Positions 49,186-62,137 of a stretch of DNA of 64,000 nt are shown piece by piece. Below the pieces are notes generated by a model. That model worked only from the letters and a program-made list of their open reading frames with translations. It ran no database searches and had not been told where the DNA came from. Position 1 is the first letter of the stretch, and the number at the start of each line of letters is the position of its first letter. The DNA is from Psammoneis japonica (taxonomy: Eukaryota): contig QPGO01000023.1 of NCBI GenBank assembly GCA_008632985.1, forward strand, positions 679,681 through 743,680. Direction: 5' to 3'. The position numbers were made by a program, and so were the translations under genes.

Positions 49186-49720
49186 CGTGTTGTTGTGCTC
49201 GGACTGTCAATTCAGTCGAGAAGCACGCAAGCGACCGCTGTTCACTTCTTGAGCCCGTTCTTCCTTTGACGGCATGCCACACGGTTCTCTCCAGCTCACA
49301 AAAGAAAGAAATTGCTGGCACACCAGCTCTTGTCATTGCTCTGCTATGACGGCCATTTGCATCTCTTGAAATCTCTCACTTGCCTGGGCACTATCATTTT
49401 GTCACCCGGGCCTCTCGCATCTTCAATGTCTCATCTCTCATCTCCTGTTGTGCGAGGTGCGAGAGGCTGAGATTTTTTCTCAAAACTTGTCAAAACTGCC
49501 CAAAAAGGCGCACATCACGATTTTCACATAAAACACCGCGAATCTATCCAAATCGGTGTAGGCATCGAGCAGCGACGCTATCACCATGGCTTCCTTGTAT
49601 CAAACAACGGCACTCCATCCCTTTCTCCATCCTTCGTCACAGCATAACCTCCCCTCTGTACATCTTTATTGATTCATTGTAGATTTATTTGAATAAGGCA
49701 CTTTTTTAAAAGCGCTCACG

Positions 49721-50767
49721 ATGGTATTGCCAACGACAAGACGAAAGAAAGGAGCATGTTCGTGTTTCAGAATCGCTTTGGCCTCAATGTTGGCGATAGC
49801 AATATTAAAATGGAAATACATCGGTCAATACAATGTTGATCCATTTCTCCCAGATTCAGATCCCTTGAAAAAGACGTCAGATATTCCAAACAATTCTCTT
49901 TTGAACGCGTTGGAAAAAATCAAGGCCCGAAATGCCTATCTCTGCACCGAAAATACCGATCATTCACAGTGGCGACGAAAAACAGGCGGCCCTCCCATGT
50001 TTCACAAGGTTCCTTCTACTAGTAGCAGTGTCATAAGCCTACTCTCTCCGGTCTATAACTGTCCCTGGACACTCCATCGAACGAACTACGTTTCAGAATC
50101 TCAGTTTGACGGTGGCAAGTGGACCTGTGGACTCGCGGATATGCGCAGGGAACGAAGCAACAACAATCACAAACCATGCGTCGTGTATTCGTTTGGTTCC
50201 AACGGGGACGACGTTTTTGAATCGGACGTCCTTGTACAGAATCCAGACTGTGAAATTCACATTTTTGATCCCACCAGCGGTGAACCGCCCAATGCTTGGA
50301 AAGGACGGTATCACTTTCATTCCTCTGGCTTGTGTGTTGGGAATGCCACCACGTTCACACTGGACGATAGGACAACCACCAAAACTACCAAGGGAAGCAC
50401 ATGGCCGTGCAAGTCTCTGCAGGGACACATGAAGGATTTGGGGCACTCGTATGTGGACATTCTGAAAGCGGACGTTGAGGGGATGGAATGGGATTTGACT
50501 GCCAATTGGGGAAATGAGGACCGAATCGGACAGGTGCTTTTGGAATTCCACTTTTGGGTGAAGAGTCCTCCACTACCCAGCTTGCTGAGGGACCATCTCA
50601 TTCCATTGGAGCGATTGGGATACCTTATTCATACGTTGGAACCGGTGGCGGCAACGATTGATGCGTTCGAGATTACCTTTCTGAACGTTAACTGGAGTCC
50701 GGATGGGAGAAATCGAAATATCTATAATCGCAAAATGTACCCCGTCACTCCAGGCATCGTCCTCTGA
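49721..50767 (+). CDS. Methyltransf_22/METTL24-like SAM-dependent methyltransferase
   Basis: N-terminal TM; DGGKWTCG, CVVYSFGSNG..FE, CEIHIFDPT, LGHSYVDILKADVEGMEW, QVLLEFH. Confidence 0.88.
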   Translation: MVLPTTRRKKGACSCFRIALASMLAIAILKWKYIGQYNVDPFLPDSDPLKKTSDIPNNSLLNALEKIKARNAYLCTENTDHSQWRRKTGGPPMFHKVPSTSSSVISLLSPVYNCPWTLHRTNYVSESQFDGGKWTCGLADMRRERSNNNHKPCVVYSFGSNGDDVFESDVLVQNPDCEIHIFDPTSGEPPNAWKGRYHFHSSGLCVGNATTFTLDDRTTTKTTKGSTWPCKSLQGHMKDLGHSYVDILKADVEGMEWDLTANWGNEDRIGQVLLEFHFWVKSPPLPSLLRDHLIPLERLGYLIHTLEPVAATIDAFEITFLNVNWSPDGRNRNIYNRKMYPVTPGIVL

Positions 50768-51471
50768 CGTCGTTTTGGATTCTTTGCCTGTGGTGTAAAG
50801 TTAAAAATTTGCTTCAGTCAGGGTCCTGGTAACAGCAGAGCTGACCCGAGGCGCATATGATGTGGCAGATCGTAGAAAGGGCAGAAGGTGTGAGGAGCGT
50901 TGTCAAGCTTCGTTTGCTGTGATGAGACCGCCGTTGTTGAATTCGTTGTCCGGCATCTCGACCTTGGCGTTGTCGCTTCCTTTTCAAACTGGGTTAGATT
51001 CAACGGCAAGAGGGGCCTTCTACGATACTCATGAACGTACGGGCTCTACCAAGAGATTATTTTGTTTCACTTGTGGACGTACACGGAATGAACTAGTGCT
51101 CTTCGTCAAGTCGCAGTGGAGCTGATTCGATTATGAAGAGGCACTTTTGCACTGCCACTTCTCCTTCGGGCATTGAACTCTGCCACCCAATGCATGTTTA
51201 AATGTGGTTTCACGTGGTCCCTTAGAGAACTACGGCGCGACTTTTGATTCATGCCGAATGACAGTATCGAAGACAGCCAAGCTTTCTAACGTAGTACGGT
51301 ACGATTTACCGGGACGTCACTTTTCTATTGGATAAGCTAAATTACTAAAAGCTTACTAGGAAGGAATATTACCTCCTCCAATTTAGCTATGATACTGCAT
51401 GGAATGAAGACCCTCTGAGGGTTGACGCTGCAAGCGCCAATCATTGGTTTCCGGAGCTGCGGTATTGGCCA

Positions 51472-52128
51472 CTATTGGCTCCGTGACTTTTTGAATTGTC
51501 TTGCTTCCATCGGGATGGATTTTGTGGGTTCGGTTGTCTTGGTCTTGCCGTCTTTTCCGAAATGAATCAACCGTTTCACAACAACTCCTTCATTGTCCTG
51601 TCCTTGATGTGGTGCTGTGCCTTGTTCTTGTGGCTCTAAGTCTTGATTAGCACTTGCGGCAGGAGCCTCCTCGTCGCCTTGGCTGTCGCTCTTGACCTCG
51701 TCGGTTGATGGTTCTTCTTCCTCGTCGTCGTCAGGAACACGCGTGTAGCCCAACTTGACTGGAAATGCCAAGAATGTCGACGACGACAGCCAAAACAAAA
51801 GTGACAGGACAGGGAAAGTGGCTGGGATGTCAACTGCAGCGACCGTGGCTGCACCAAAGGCGCCCGCCACCACTCCAAAGAAGATCAGCTTGTGCAAGGT
51901 CCCCTTGTCGTAGCGAACGCAACACAGACAGGACGAGCAAGTCAATGTTGCGGTTGCGTAGACCACAGCCACGACAAACACAGCAGGAGACAAAAACATC
52001 ATCACCAAACCCGCCATGGCTGTGAGATGAGCAGCCAACACGATCCACTTCTCCCTTGGGGACTCTGCACAGGTGCACAATGGAAGATCGGGAAGGGAAG
52101 CTTGTTTGGCATTGTCAGTGTCGGTCAT
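51472..52128 (-). CDS. Hypothetical membrane protein (about 4 TM, acidic tail)
   Basis: 218 aa ATG-initiated ORF with hydrophobic N-terminal half. Confidence 0.6.
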   Translation of the reverse strand: MTDTDNAKQASLPDLPLCTCAESPREKWIVLAAHLTAMAGLVMMFLSPAVFVVAVVYATATLTCSSCLCCVRYDKGTLHKLIFFGVVAGAFGAATVAAVDIPATFPVLSLLFWLSSSTFLAFPVKLGYTRVPDDDEEEEPSTDEVKSDSQGDEEAPAASANQDLEPQEQGTAPHQGQDNEGVVVKRLIHFGKDGKTKTTEPTKSIPMEARQFKKSRSQ

Positions 52129-53312
52129 GTTGGATGTGTTCTTGCAGAAAGCAACTCTTGAACAAGCTGCAAGTCAAGATTTGGTGAAACAAGTAAAGAG
52201 AAGAGAATGAGAAAAATGAGATCGAGAATCTAGACTACTCTACAAGCAAATCCCAAATCCACGAGGGCATGACTGAAACATGTCCGGCTGCGACAAAATT
52301 TCCGCATCCGCAACCACTTTGACTCGTGACTCGGAGAAACAGACACATGAAAAGCAGCACAGTGGGCACAGTTTTAAGTGTGAATGACCACGTCATCCAA
52401 CTGCCATGACAATTTCAATCACGACTTGGAGTTCGTGCCGCCCCAGCATCCGCTCCACCATCTGTCACCCGAGCAGGAAATCTTGGATCTTTCTGGCCTT
52501 GCTCCACAGTCTCTTCTGTCTCTGTTGCAAAGAGAGGGAAACCATCGTTGTAAAATGATGATGCAGTGGTTTCCTCTGCAATCATCTTTTCTTGAGATTT
52601 ACAAAGCAACATCGTGCATTCTTTCCCGGTTTCACACACAAAGTTCGATGAACTTGAACTTGGAGAGAGCGCGATGATCGTGCTGAAGCGGACAAAGGCA
52701 GACGGCGGATAAGGACCGGCTAAATGCGCTCGTCTAAACCAGGTTTTGCGCCCCAAAATGCGCAAAAGTTGGCTACGTGTATACTGCGTAGACACAGTAC
52801 TGACAGATGACGTCACAGCCTTCCTGCAACCCTGCGCGCTCTGCATGCGCGCTGCCGCGAGCTTCAACACCCGTGACTGAGATCCTGTGCGACATTCTTG
52901 AGATCTGCATGTTGTTTGAAACGACTGAACCAGCAAGAACTATCACTTGCTTGAGTAGGTGATAGCTGCAAATGCAAATGTATGTAGTAGTGAGTTTTAT
53001 GGCAGTCAATTGTTTCTAATTACTTCTGTGATTCTGTGCAGTTGCTAGCAGCTCATCACGAGTGAGATGCAACGTTTCGGTGAAAGCCACGTAGAATCCC
53101 AGTATGTTTCTACACAAGAGCGCATTTTTGCGCATTTAGCGCAAAATGAGCCCCAAAAACTCAAAAATGCGCACTGCGCATTTTTGGAGATCTTTCGATC
53201 GATCGCTCGATCGAAGTAAGATCCTCGCGATGATCGGCGTCGGGCCTCGGGGTTTGCCACTGTCTATTTCATTCAAGCATAAAGGAAATCCCAATCTAGC
53301 GGTACTGGTACG

Positions 53313-54079
53313 ATGATACAACATACGCAACAAAGAATACAAGAAATAAGTCGCTCAACACACTGGGATATTGTGATTCCGGCCACGTTCTTTGCGGCAG
53401 CAGCGATTTCTTGGTACGATCCAACACGAGCGCCATCGATTTCGTTCCTAATTTTTGGCTTTTGCACAGTCTTTGTTTCCCCTGTAGCGGCCTACTTCAC
53501 AGCGCCAGTTGCCCAAGGGCTATCTGCGGCAACTACGGATGCTCTGAATACATTGACTGATAAGAGCGATCCAGAGCAGGCGGAACAAACAGATCGGCTC
53601 TTATCTGCGGTGGCAGATGTGATCAACAGGTCGCTCGAATCAAGTGCCTTGACCACAACGTTCAAAGAGTCTCTAATAAGCTCCTTGGTGGACGACGATC
53701 TCCATGAAGCCTTCATCAATACTTTACATGCTGCTCTCGTCAAGGCTTCTGAAAACGTTGAATTCCGTTCGACAGCCTGGATACGATCAAACACGCTTTT
53801 ACTGGAGCTCTCAGCGACGAGAGCTTTGTCACGGAACTCATGGAGAGCATGGTGGGAGCAATAGTAAGCGCATCAAAGAAGGAGGAATTACTTGCCACGA
53901 TTTTAGATGTCATGACGGAAGCTGTTTCTCAGGCTCTTGCGAATGAACGATTTGTCAATCAAATCAAGGAAGCCATCCAGGAAGTGATACAGGATGGAGA
54001 CCTATACAAAGCGGGAGCACGTGGAGTAGTTTCGGCAGCGTTTGGGCGTACTAAGAAAAGCAAAATGACAGCAACATGA
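53313..54079 (+). CDS. Hypothetical helical protein with N-terminal TM; frameshift near 53780
   Basis: Overlapping ORFs 53313-53864 and 53840-54079 continue a similar amphipathic repeat. Confidence 0.55.
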
Positions 54080-55185
54080 CAACCAGGCAAATCGGTTCCG
54101 GTTGAAAAGGATAGCTTGACTTTGGACGAGGGTGCATGAGATGTGTTGTCAGTCTGCAGATGACGTATTCTCGCAGGGTGCTGTGACTGTCAACTTCTTC
54201 CATTCGATAGATCTCTTTCTGCTGTGATACAGTTATTATTGCTTTGAAAATACAATAGCCTCGCTGCTGCACATACTGCTGGACGAGACTTTGGAGGCGA
54301 CTGCCGAAAGTGGTGACTAGTATCTGCCTCGAATCGGATACGCGGTCATCAACCCACGCTTCTGTGCATCCTCCCATCGACATTGGTTATTCATGCTGTC
54401 ATCAAGGATCCATAGATTTTTGTAACAGTATCATTTTTTCAACGTGCTCATTGTTGAATCAATCCAACTCGACGGTCAATCCATCTTTGCTGCTCAAAGG
54501 CAATTCGCATCTTTGCATTCCTCTAGCTAGAGAAATTAGACCCGAAAATTAACAGCACTACCCGTTCACCACATTACTCGGAACAAATATAAAGTTAAGG
54601 GTTTACCTGGGATTTTGAAGGAGCCGGATCTGTTCGGTTGGATCCGAGATTGGTCCAATAATATAATAAGCAAGTAAGCAAAAATGGGATGGTGCGTGGT
54701 CTGTCTGCGCTGCGCTGCAAGAGGGAAGTTCCAATCCGCGCCGCGATGATTCTTCCATGAATGCCGCAACAATAACGCTCCGCCCTCCTGCGACCTGCGA
54801 GCCAAGCAAAGGTTGGTGCAATAATGAGCACCGAAGCGTTGAAGAAGTACTATCAGAAAGGAGGGTTACCCGTAAGGAGATGGTTTCTGTGGCTGTTTTA
54901 GGCTTGCCAGTATCTTTTGGTTGACAATCCAATTGAACCTCCTGGGTTCGCTGCTGCTGACAGAACATGATGACAACGCTGCAACATCATGGGAACGGTC
55001 TTCGTTCCCAGTGGTCGCCCACAGTATGAGTGGGGAAGCGGCAGTGATGGAATGCAGTTTGAGCCACTGTTGGAGTTCCTAGTTCAAATGGACTCGTCAC
55101 CACCAGAGTCGTCCTTCACAGACTTTGTTCCACTGATTGTTCGAAACGGCGAGCTACTGCATTCAACGTCAAGACAAATGCCCTC

Positions 55186-56347
55186 ATGGACAAGTACCCT
55201 GGTTTTCGTGGTCGATATCCCGGTCGCGTATTCCATGCCGAAGATATGATTCATGAGGCGATTCGCTTAGGTTTGCATTGGATGGAGAGGGAACCGCGAT
55301 TTCGAGCCGTGTGGACGGAAAGGATGGTGGACTTCCGCTGTTGTTGCGACATGCGGATGATCCAGGTTGTGGCGAAAACAAACACTTGATGGCTGCAATG
55401 ACGCGGACAAATGATCATACCGTGTCATCTTCATTGTCGTATCCAATCCCATATCTTTCCTGGTGCACTCATGTGAATTGCCATTACTCGTGGCCCATTG
55501 TCTCGTACAACTTGTGGGAACGATATGCCAATCCAATGAAATATGGAACAGTTATGCAACAAAAAGATTGGAGGCGTCAGTTTGCCTTCCAAAACTGGTG
55601 GTATTCATGGAAAAGCAAGATACGAAAGGCTGTTTGGAGGGGATCACCAACTGGAAACTGGATCGTAAACGACAATAAGGACGATATCAATTCGTTGCCA
55701 AGGGTGCAACTTGTACGACTGGGAATGCAACACCCCGATCTCATTGATGCGGGCTTCACCACTACAACCCAGATACATCCGGACAAAGTAAAAGCATTTC
55801 GTAGCGAGATGCCAATGGTAAGGAGAACAACTTTGGACAAGCAGCAGCGGTATAAGGCAATCATTGATATAGACGGGAACACTTGGTCTGCCCGCTTTGG
55901 CGAGCAGCTATGCCTTAATTCTGTTACCATCAAGGTATGTCTTTTGTGTATGCAGGAAAGAGTCACGGACGCTGTCAAACTTTTGATCTTAAACTACCTT
56001 TTCGAAATCGTGTATGCTCTTTCCATTATTATTAAGGTGGAACCAGCATGGGTGGACTCGTTCTATAAGAAGGACTTGGTGCCATGGGTACACTATGTCC
56101 CTGCCAACATGTCAAATTTGATTGAAATGGTGAAATACGTTGTCGCGGATGATCACGATCTCCAATGCAACGCATTGTGCGGAATGCCAACAAATGGTGT
56201 GAAACAGCCATGACTAAAAGTCAAATGGCCATCACTACACTTTGGACGCTTGCTTTTATGTGGAACTTTTGGATAAAGGGAATCCCAATTGGCGCGAGGT
56301 ATGGAAACGCAACGCTACCGCGTATCATTTACCAAGTCTACAAATGA
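55186..56347 (+). CDS. Glycosyltransferase family 90 (CAP10/KDELC-like); 5' end uncertain, one intron near 55935-56035, indels
   Basis: WKSKIRKAVWRGSPTG, PRVQLV, IDAGFT, YKAIIDIDGNTWSARF, LVPWVHYVP. Confidence 0.8.
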
Positions 56348-57082
56348 CCAGTGTGGATCAAATCCACGCAAGGTGGAAGTCAATTGGTCGAAGAAAACGA
56401 TGGTTTCCATTTCTATAATCCAAAACTAGAGAAAGGCACATCTTGCAAGAGCCTGTATAATTGGTATTTGAATACTGCATTTGGTGCTCTTCCAGAATCG
56501 CGAAGTCCCCTCTAAAACAGGGTCTTTCCACCGAGACAATGTATGCAATTGTCGTGAGAATGCGACAAAGATGTTCAACAAAAGGCCGCACCAAAACAGG
56601 AAAGCAAGCCGGTAAAAAAGCGACTGCGCCTTCCACCCATTTCGTACAGGCCACGAGAAAATGGCACAAGTTACCGTGATAGTAATTGTTAAACCTAGAC
56701 CAGCAACAAGAGTTTTGCGAGGAAATACTGTGGCAGCGTTTCCATAATTTGCTGGTGACTGCGTTGCACACAGATGAACGTACGAGCGTTTGGAGTGTTG
56801 CCCCGTCCACTTACATGGAGATTCGGCATGCTATCATTATTCTCTGTATCTTTCTCCCCTCCTATCTTGCTCATAGCTAGAGAGGGTCTACTCTTTTTTT
56901 TTGCGGTTGGACGCTTGAAAAGCGGTCTGCAGGTCGAAGGACGTACAGTACGCATGACTGAAATAGCGTGACTGAGTGACGTCAGCCGACAACGCAGGAT
57001 TTTTTGACACAACCATGGCGGTCTTGGTGTGGGCTTCTATCACATGTCGATGATACTGTAGGGTATCAATTGATAATGGAAC

Positions 57083-57858
57083 ATGTTTTCTCGAATCCTT
57101 GTAACCAGCACAAAGAATTTCCTGTCGACACACCGTCGTCTATCGACACTTTCTTCCAATCCAATTGTGGAGATTCGAGAGGATCGTCTTCATCCACATT
57201 CATTCTTACCGTACGTTCAAGCGACGTCTGACTTCTCGGATACTATCAAGTCGCAAGCCCCACTCAAGCTTTTCTCAATAAGTGATACTGGAGGGACATT
57301 AAATGAGGCGATGCAAGTGTATTACTATGAGGGTGGCCACAAAGAACGTGATGCCACGCTGAAAGCAATGCAGGCATCACAGGATATGAAAGACTACTTT
57401 CAGAGTGTAGTCCTTATATGGCTACCCAGAAGTCGAACCTCTTTGTGGAAGCTCCGCTTGTGCATGAATTTGATGCGATACATGGACTTGGTTCTGACTT
57501 TGGTACCGAGATAGATCCTGGTGAAGACACCATATTCGAGTTTCGACGATACAAGCTAATCCTGGGGTATGACACGGTTCCAAACTTCATGACGCTATAT
57601 AAGGGCGGTTTCCCTTCCAAGATTGAAACCAATGATCCATCAACATCCCTAGTTACTTTGCTGTATTCTGAAGTCGGTCGTCTGAATGAAGTGATTGAGA
57701 TTTGGCGACATGGATCTGGAACATCGGCCATGGAACGATCACGTGTAGGAGCGCGAGGAGCAACAGAATGGAAACATGCCATTGCATCCATCGCTCCGTT
57801 GGCAATTGAGTTCACATCTACCATTCATAGACCAACATCCTTTTCTTCACTTCGATAA
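57083..57858 (+). CDS. NIPSNAP family protein; frameshift near 57415
   Basis: IVEIRED, DTGGTLNEAMQVYYY, IFEFRRYKL, SEVGRLNEVIEIWRH, PTSFSSLR. Confidence 0.85.
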
Positions 57859-57992
57859 GAGGTAGAACGAGATTTCGATTTGAAGGATGCAATGTTGTGA
57901 TCACTGTGTTACTTCTATACAATGTCAACCGCAGGAAGCCGTAGGAAGCATTCTTTCTGCGGCTTCCCTTGTTTTCCGTGTGTCTCTTGTGT

Positions 57993-59935
57993 TCATTGGC
58001 GTCTGTAGCAGTAGTCCTTGCCGCGTCGTCCTTTTCCGAAGCAGCCTGGAACGGAGACTGATGTTTCGTTGCGGTGGAAACAATATAAGTCATCCCCACT
58101 GCAGTCAGCGTCACTATCGCAATCACCTTCACACTCTGCAAGATTGGTAGCGCCCTTGCCAACATACTTGAGAGGAGGACCCGGTCCGTAAAGTGTGGTA
58201 TTGATGCAATAGTCCTTGCCTCTTTTTGCACGCCCCTTACAACCAGGAATTGGCTCCGCTGCGTCGCGATGAAAGCAGGCAAGGGACGCTCCCTTGCAGT
58301 CACTGTTCATGTCACAGTCACCTTGGCACTCCCTCAATTCCTTCATACCCTTGCCAACAAATTCCAACTCGATAAGATTTGACAAGTCAGGCGCACTATT
58401 GCCAGGCGGGCAATCGCCACAAGTGACTGGACATTTATTGCCATACTTTTTGCATCGATCCGCTTGCTTTCCAACCCATCTGCAAGTGCGTGCCACTCCG
58501 TTCCGGCTATTGAAACTTCTATCTGGTGCATCCTGGCAGGAAACAGGCGTGCCGGTCGTGGTCGCCTTCGCCGTTGAAGCCGCCGTAGGAGGAGCAGTCG
58601 GAGAAGCAGTCGGTTGGACCTCGTCCGGTTCAACCGGAGGAGGATCAGTCATGCTCCACGTATCTTCTTTTATTTTTGGGCATCTCCCTTTCGGCGAATC
58701 TGCGTATAGACCACCTCGGTGATCAATGTCGAACATATAGAGGCCATCAGGATCATCTGGATCTCGAATGACAGAAACTTTGACGGGAGGTGCATCGCCA
58801 CCGTTTTCAAGCTCAATATCAACAAAGTTTGGAATACTGTCATCAGGATAAGTGGTGCAGAATCCGTAGTCAGTATTGCCATGCAGAAATAATACCGGGA
58901 GATCGCGGTATTGATCTTTTAGCAACGTTCTGAGTGGTTGCCCAAATGGAATCCTCCGTCCCTTTTTAACTAGGTCAGCTTGCCCAAACAGAATAGCCGC
59001 TTTCATATTGAATTGAGGCTTTGAATAATGCTCGAGGGCGTGTGTCACCCACGCGAGATTCTGTGGTAGTCGAGTATCTGTGTTTACGAACGAGCATCAG
59101 AATGAATGCGTCAGTGTACCTGCATCATTGTCACACTTCGATTGAAATAATCATAGATGCCCATTCCTTACCTTCGTCGCCTGAAATAAGGGTAATTCAC
59201 AATTCCACGATTTTACTATGAGATCAATTGAAGCAAAGCGTGTTTAACATTGTCGTGGACGTTTCACTTACCAATGGTCCCGCCGCCAATGTGATTAAGC
59301 CCCACGTGCAGGATCCCGTCTTTGAAGAAATGCCAATTCTCTATTCTTGGAACAAATTTTCCGTCAGCATTCAACCGATACACATCTTCCTGTCGTGTTA
59401 GATTCAGAGCCGTGCTAAAGCCATAAACGCTATCTGGCCCAAACGTTTCAATCCATCGATCCCAAGCCAAAGCAATGTCATCACAAGAATGCCACGAGTT
59501 GTCGTCGGGGACGAAAAGGCAGTCCTTGGGATGATAATTACGTGCATTATCGGAATTGCTAAACATGTTAGCAATGTCGGTGTATGATTCGGGGGTGCAT
59601 TTGGTGGAGCCTCTTTTGATTCCTCCAAGATGTATCAGAAACGAAGGTTCTTTTCGATCTGTGTGGAGTTTGATTTTTCTCAGAGCGGAATTCAAACAAT
59701 ATCTCTCGTTTTCATCTCTTGGAACCATAGCCATTGCATAGAAGCTGGAGACAGTTTCTGGTTTGACTGATGAATCAAACGACTTGAGGTCTCTGCAATC
59801 CCTGGGGTCTTCAAGTAGTGCGGCAAGGTTGCGTTCAAAATTTCCATCGTTACCTCTTAAACCAGCATTATACGTATTTGTGCCAGCCACGGGCGTCAAC
59901 AATGCCGCAATGCAGAGAACAGAATCAAACTTCAT
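57993..59935 (-). CDS. Secreted calcineurin-like phosphoesterase-fold protein with PT linker and Cys-rich C-terminal repeats; introns within ~59050-59270
   Basis: Signal peptide; FYAMAMVP, FLIHLGGIKRG, FVPDDNSWHSC, VLFLHGNT; PTASPT linker; CPVTCGDC; two ECxGDCD repeats. Confidence 0.7.
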
Positions 59936-60374
59936 TGGATGATCTCATCAACGTTCAATATCTGTTCATCGGTTGTTGCTGTACGAGACGTCGGTGATTT
60001 AGTTTTTGGTCGTCAAAACTGAGTCCTCATTTTGTGGACTGCAGTGAATCGGATGAGATTTTCTTTTGATAAAAGTCCACGGTGTTATCATACCAGAAGC
60101 TACATACAATGCGCCGTATGCAAGACATTTGCTTAGTTCGGAAACATCGTTCGCTTCGTCCAACATGTGAATTTACATTCATATCTAAATATATTGATTT
60201 TTACCTGTTTTTACTGTCCACATTTTTTTTATGTACACCACAAATCCTCTTCAGCCGGATGCTGAATGCTGCGCTCGTGCCTCTTCGAAATTGTCATCAG
60301 AGGTCATCTCGTTAAATCTACCACAGTTCTTCTTCAGCCAGACGCTGCCATGGCATTTCAAAAACACCACCTTG

Positions 60375-61748
60375 TCAAACCATGACCTCCTTGATGATGC
60401 CGATGCCGCGGACGTGGCCGTCGCGAAAAAGGATACGCATGTTGGGTCGGACATACATTGGATGAAAGAGAAACTGAAACGTAACTCTCGCGATGCTACC
60501 AGGTCGAAGGATGACTCCACCAGCGACTGAAGTAGTATGGATCAAGCCGTTGTCCTTCATTTCAAAATCAATCACACGCGAGGCCTGCTTAGAGTGGAGA
60601 ATGTGAACCATGGTCTGAGAAACCCCAGGTGTTATGGTTGTGCCCTCACCCTTGAGCAAGCAGATCTCCGCGACAAACTTTTGCACCGGTTGAACGGGCT
60701 CCGTAAGGATAACGGCACCCTTTCGAAGCTTTTTACGGTGTGGCTTCTGAATGGGGAAAGCGATGCATGCAGAATGACCTGCCCAGATGTGATTGACGCT
60801 TGTCTGTGCAACGTGGAATGATTTCACGACTGTCTTCAAATAAGATCCGTCACTCTGCGGACCAACGTAGATAGCCTCTCCAACACGTAATTCACCAGCA
60901 TTGACAAAACCAGAAACGACTGGTCCAACTCCAGTCACGTTGAAAGTATCCTGTACGAGGAACTCAAATGATCTGTTGATCTTCTTGTGATGTTGACGGC
61001 GCTTTGGTAAGGCGAAGAGCAATGAACGAAGAATGTCAAGACCATCGCCGGTGACAGCAGAGACAGAAACGATCGGGGCAACAGAGTGCATCTTGTCTTT
61101 GACGACGTGAATATCACGCTCAGTGCGAACGGAGTATCCCTTCTTTCCCACCTCGGGAGCGCGGAGCAGGTCAAGAACCGCTTCTTTGGTACTCTTCAAT
61201 ACGTGCCTGGGGCAGCCATCGATCTTTGTCAGCACCACAACAATCGGAATACCGGACGATGCTACAAGTTTCAGGTGGTGCATGGTCATATGCGTTGGAG
61301 GATTCTTAGAGTCCACCAGAATCAAAGCGTAGTCTTGCATGCCACTAGACACTCCATGAATAGTAGTCTTGAGGTACTTCTCGTGACCGGCAAGATCCGT
61401 GAGGGTTACTACTCTCTTGGCCAGACGTGCAATCTCGCTGTCACATTTGCTGACACGGCGAATATCCGAAGGAACCACGACCTCGCCGTTCTCTTTGAAG
61501 CCAAGAATGTGATAGCTTACGCTGGAAGTTCGCCCGGTTGCTACCTCGTGCTTATGCTGGGTAATGGCGGTTCGGCTTGATCCGCGGCCGTCATCCAACT
61601 TCGACGTAGATAACACGCCGATCAAAGTACTCTTACCCGCATCAACATTTCCCACTACCGCCACACGGACGTTGCGACTCGACATTGTCTCTAACAAATG
61701 CACTTGCTCATCGACTTTGCCGCCGTGGGATGCACTTATATTCGTCAT
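60375..61748 (-). CDS. GTPBP1/GTPBP2 (GP-1) family translational GTPase
   Basis: VAVVGNVDAGKSTL, LDDGRG, HKHEVATGRTSS, DLAGHEKYLKTT, TKID, followed by EF-Tu-like domains II and III. Confidence 0.92.
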   Translation of the reverse strand: MTNISASHGGKVDEQVHLLETMSSRNVRVAVVGNVDAGKSTLIGVLSTSKLDDGRGSSRTAITQHKHEVATGRTSSVSYHILGFKENGEVVVPSDIRRVSKCDSEIARLAKRVVTLTDLAGHEKYLKTTIHGVSSGMQDYALILVDSKNPPTHMTMHHLKLVASSGIPIVVVLTKIDGCPRHVLKSTKEAVLDLLRAPEVGKKGYSVRTERDIHVVKDKMHSVAPIVSVSAVTGDGLDILRSLLFALPKRRQHHKKINRSFEFLVQDTFNVTGVGPVVSGFVNAGELRVGEAIYVGPQSDGSYLKTVVKSFHVAQTSVNHIWAGHSACIAFPIQKPHRKKLRKGAVILTEPVQPVQKFVAEICLLKGEGTTITPGVSQTMVHILHSKQASRVIDFEMKDNGLIHTTSVAGGVILRPGSIARVTFQFLFHPMYVRPNMRILFRDGHVRGIGIIKEVMV

Positions 61749-62137
61749 TTATTTGGGTACTTTTATATGCTCGTGTTCTGTATTCTTTTCACCTTGTTGT
61801 ACGCAATCCGTTCAAAGCAGACTATCTTTGTCATATCGAGTAGGTGTTTTTGGCACGTTTCGGTGGTTTATGGCAATCGCTTGAAGATAAAGGTGACGAC
61901 CAGCCTGGATTACTGGGCTTCGATCGATTTCGAATGGGTTCGTCCAACCACGACTGAAGGAATGGCAATGCATGACTGAAAATTGAGATGATTGAGGCAC
62001 AGACGGAACGGCTTATTGATCCTGCCTGTCTGCCTGCCTCGCCTTGATCCTGCCTCGCCTCTGCCTTTTCCTTCGATTCCATTCAGTCACTGCCTCACAT
62101 TTCTGGTCGTTATCTTCGTGATCGCACAAAGTTGTTA

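Noticed and set aside
48551..57858. Frameshifts in TMEM222, the 53.3-kb gene, GT90 and NIPSNAP (also ~17100) as programmed frameshifting or pseudogenes
   Set aside because: Scattered single-base indels in unrelated, otherwise intact genes are most simply assembly consensus errors; needs a read check.
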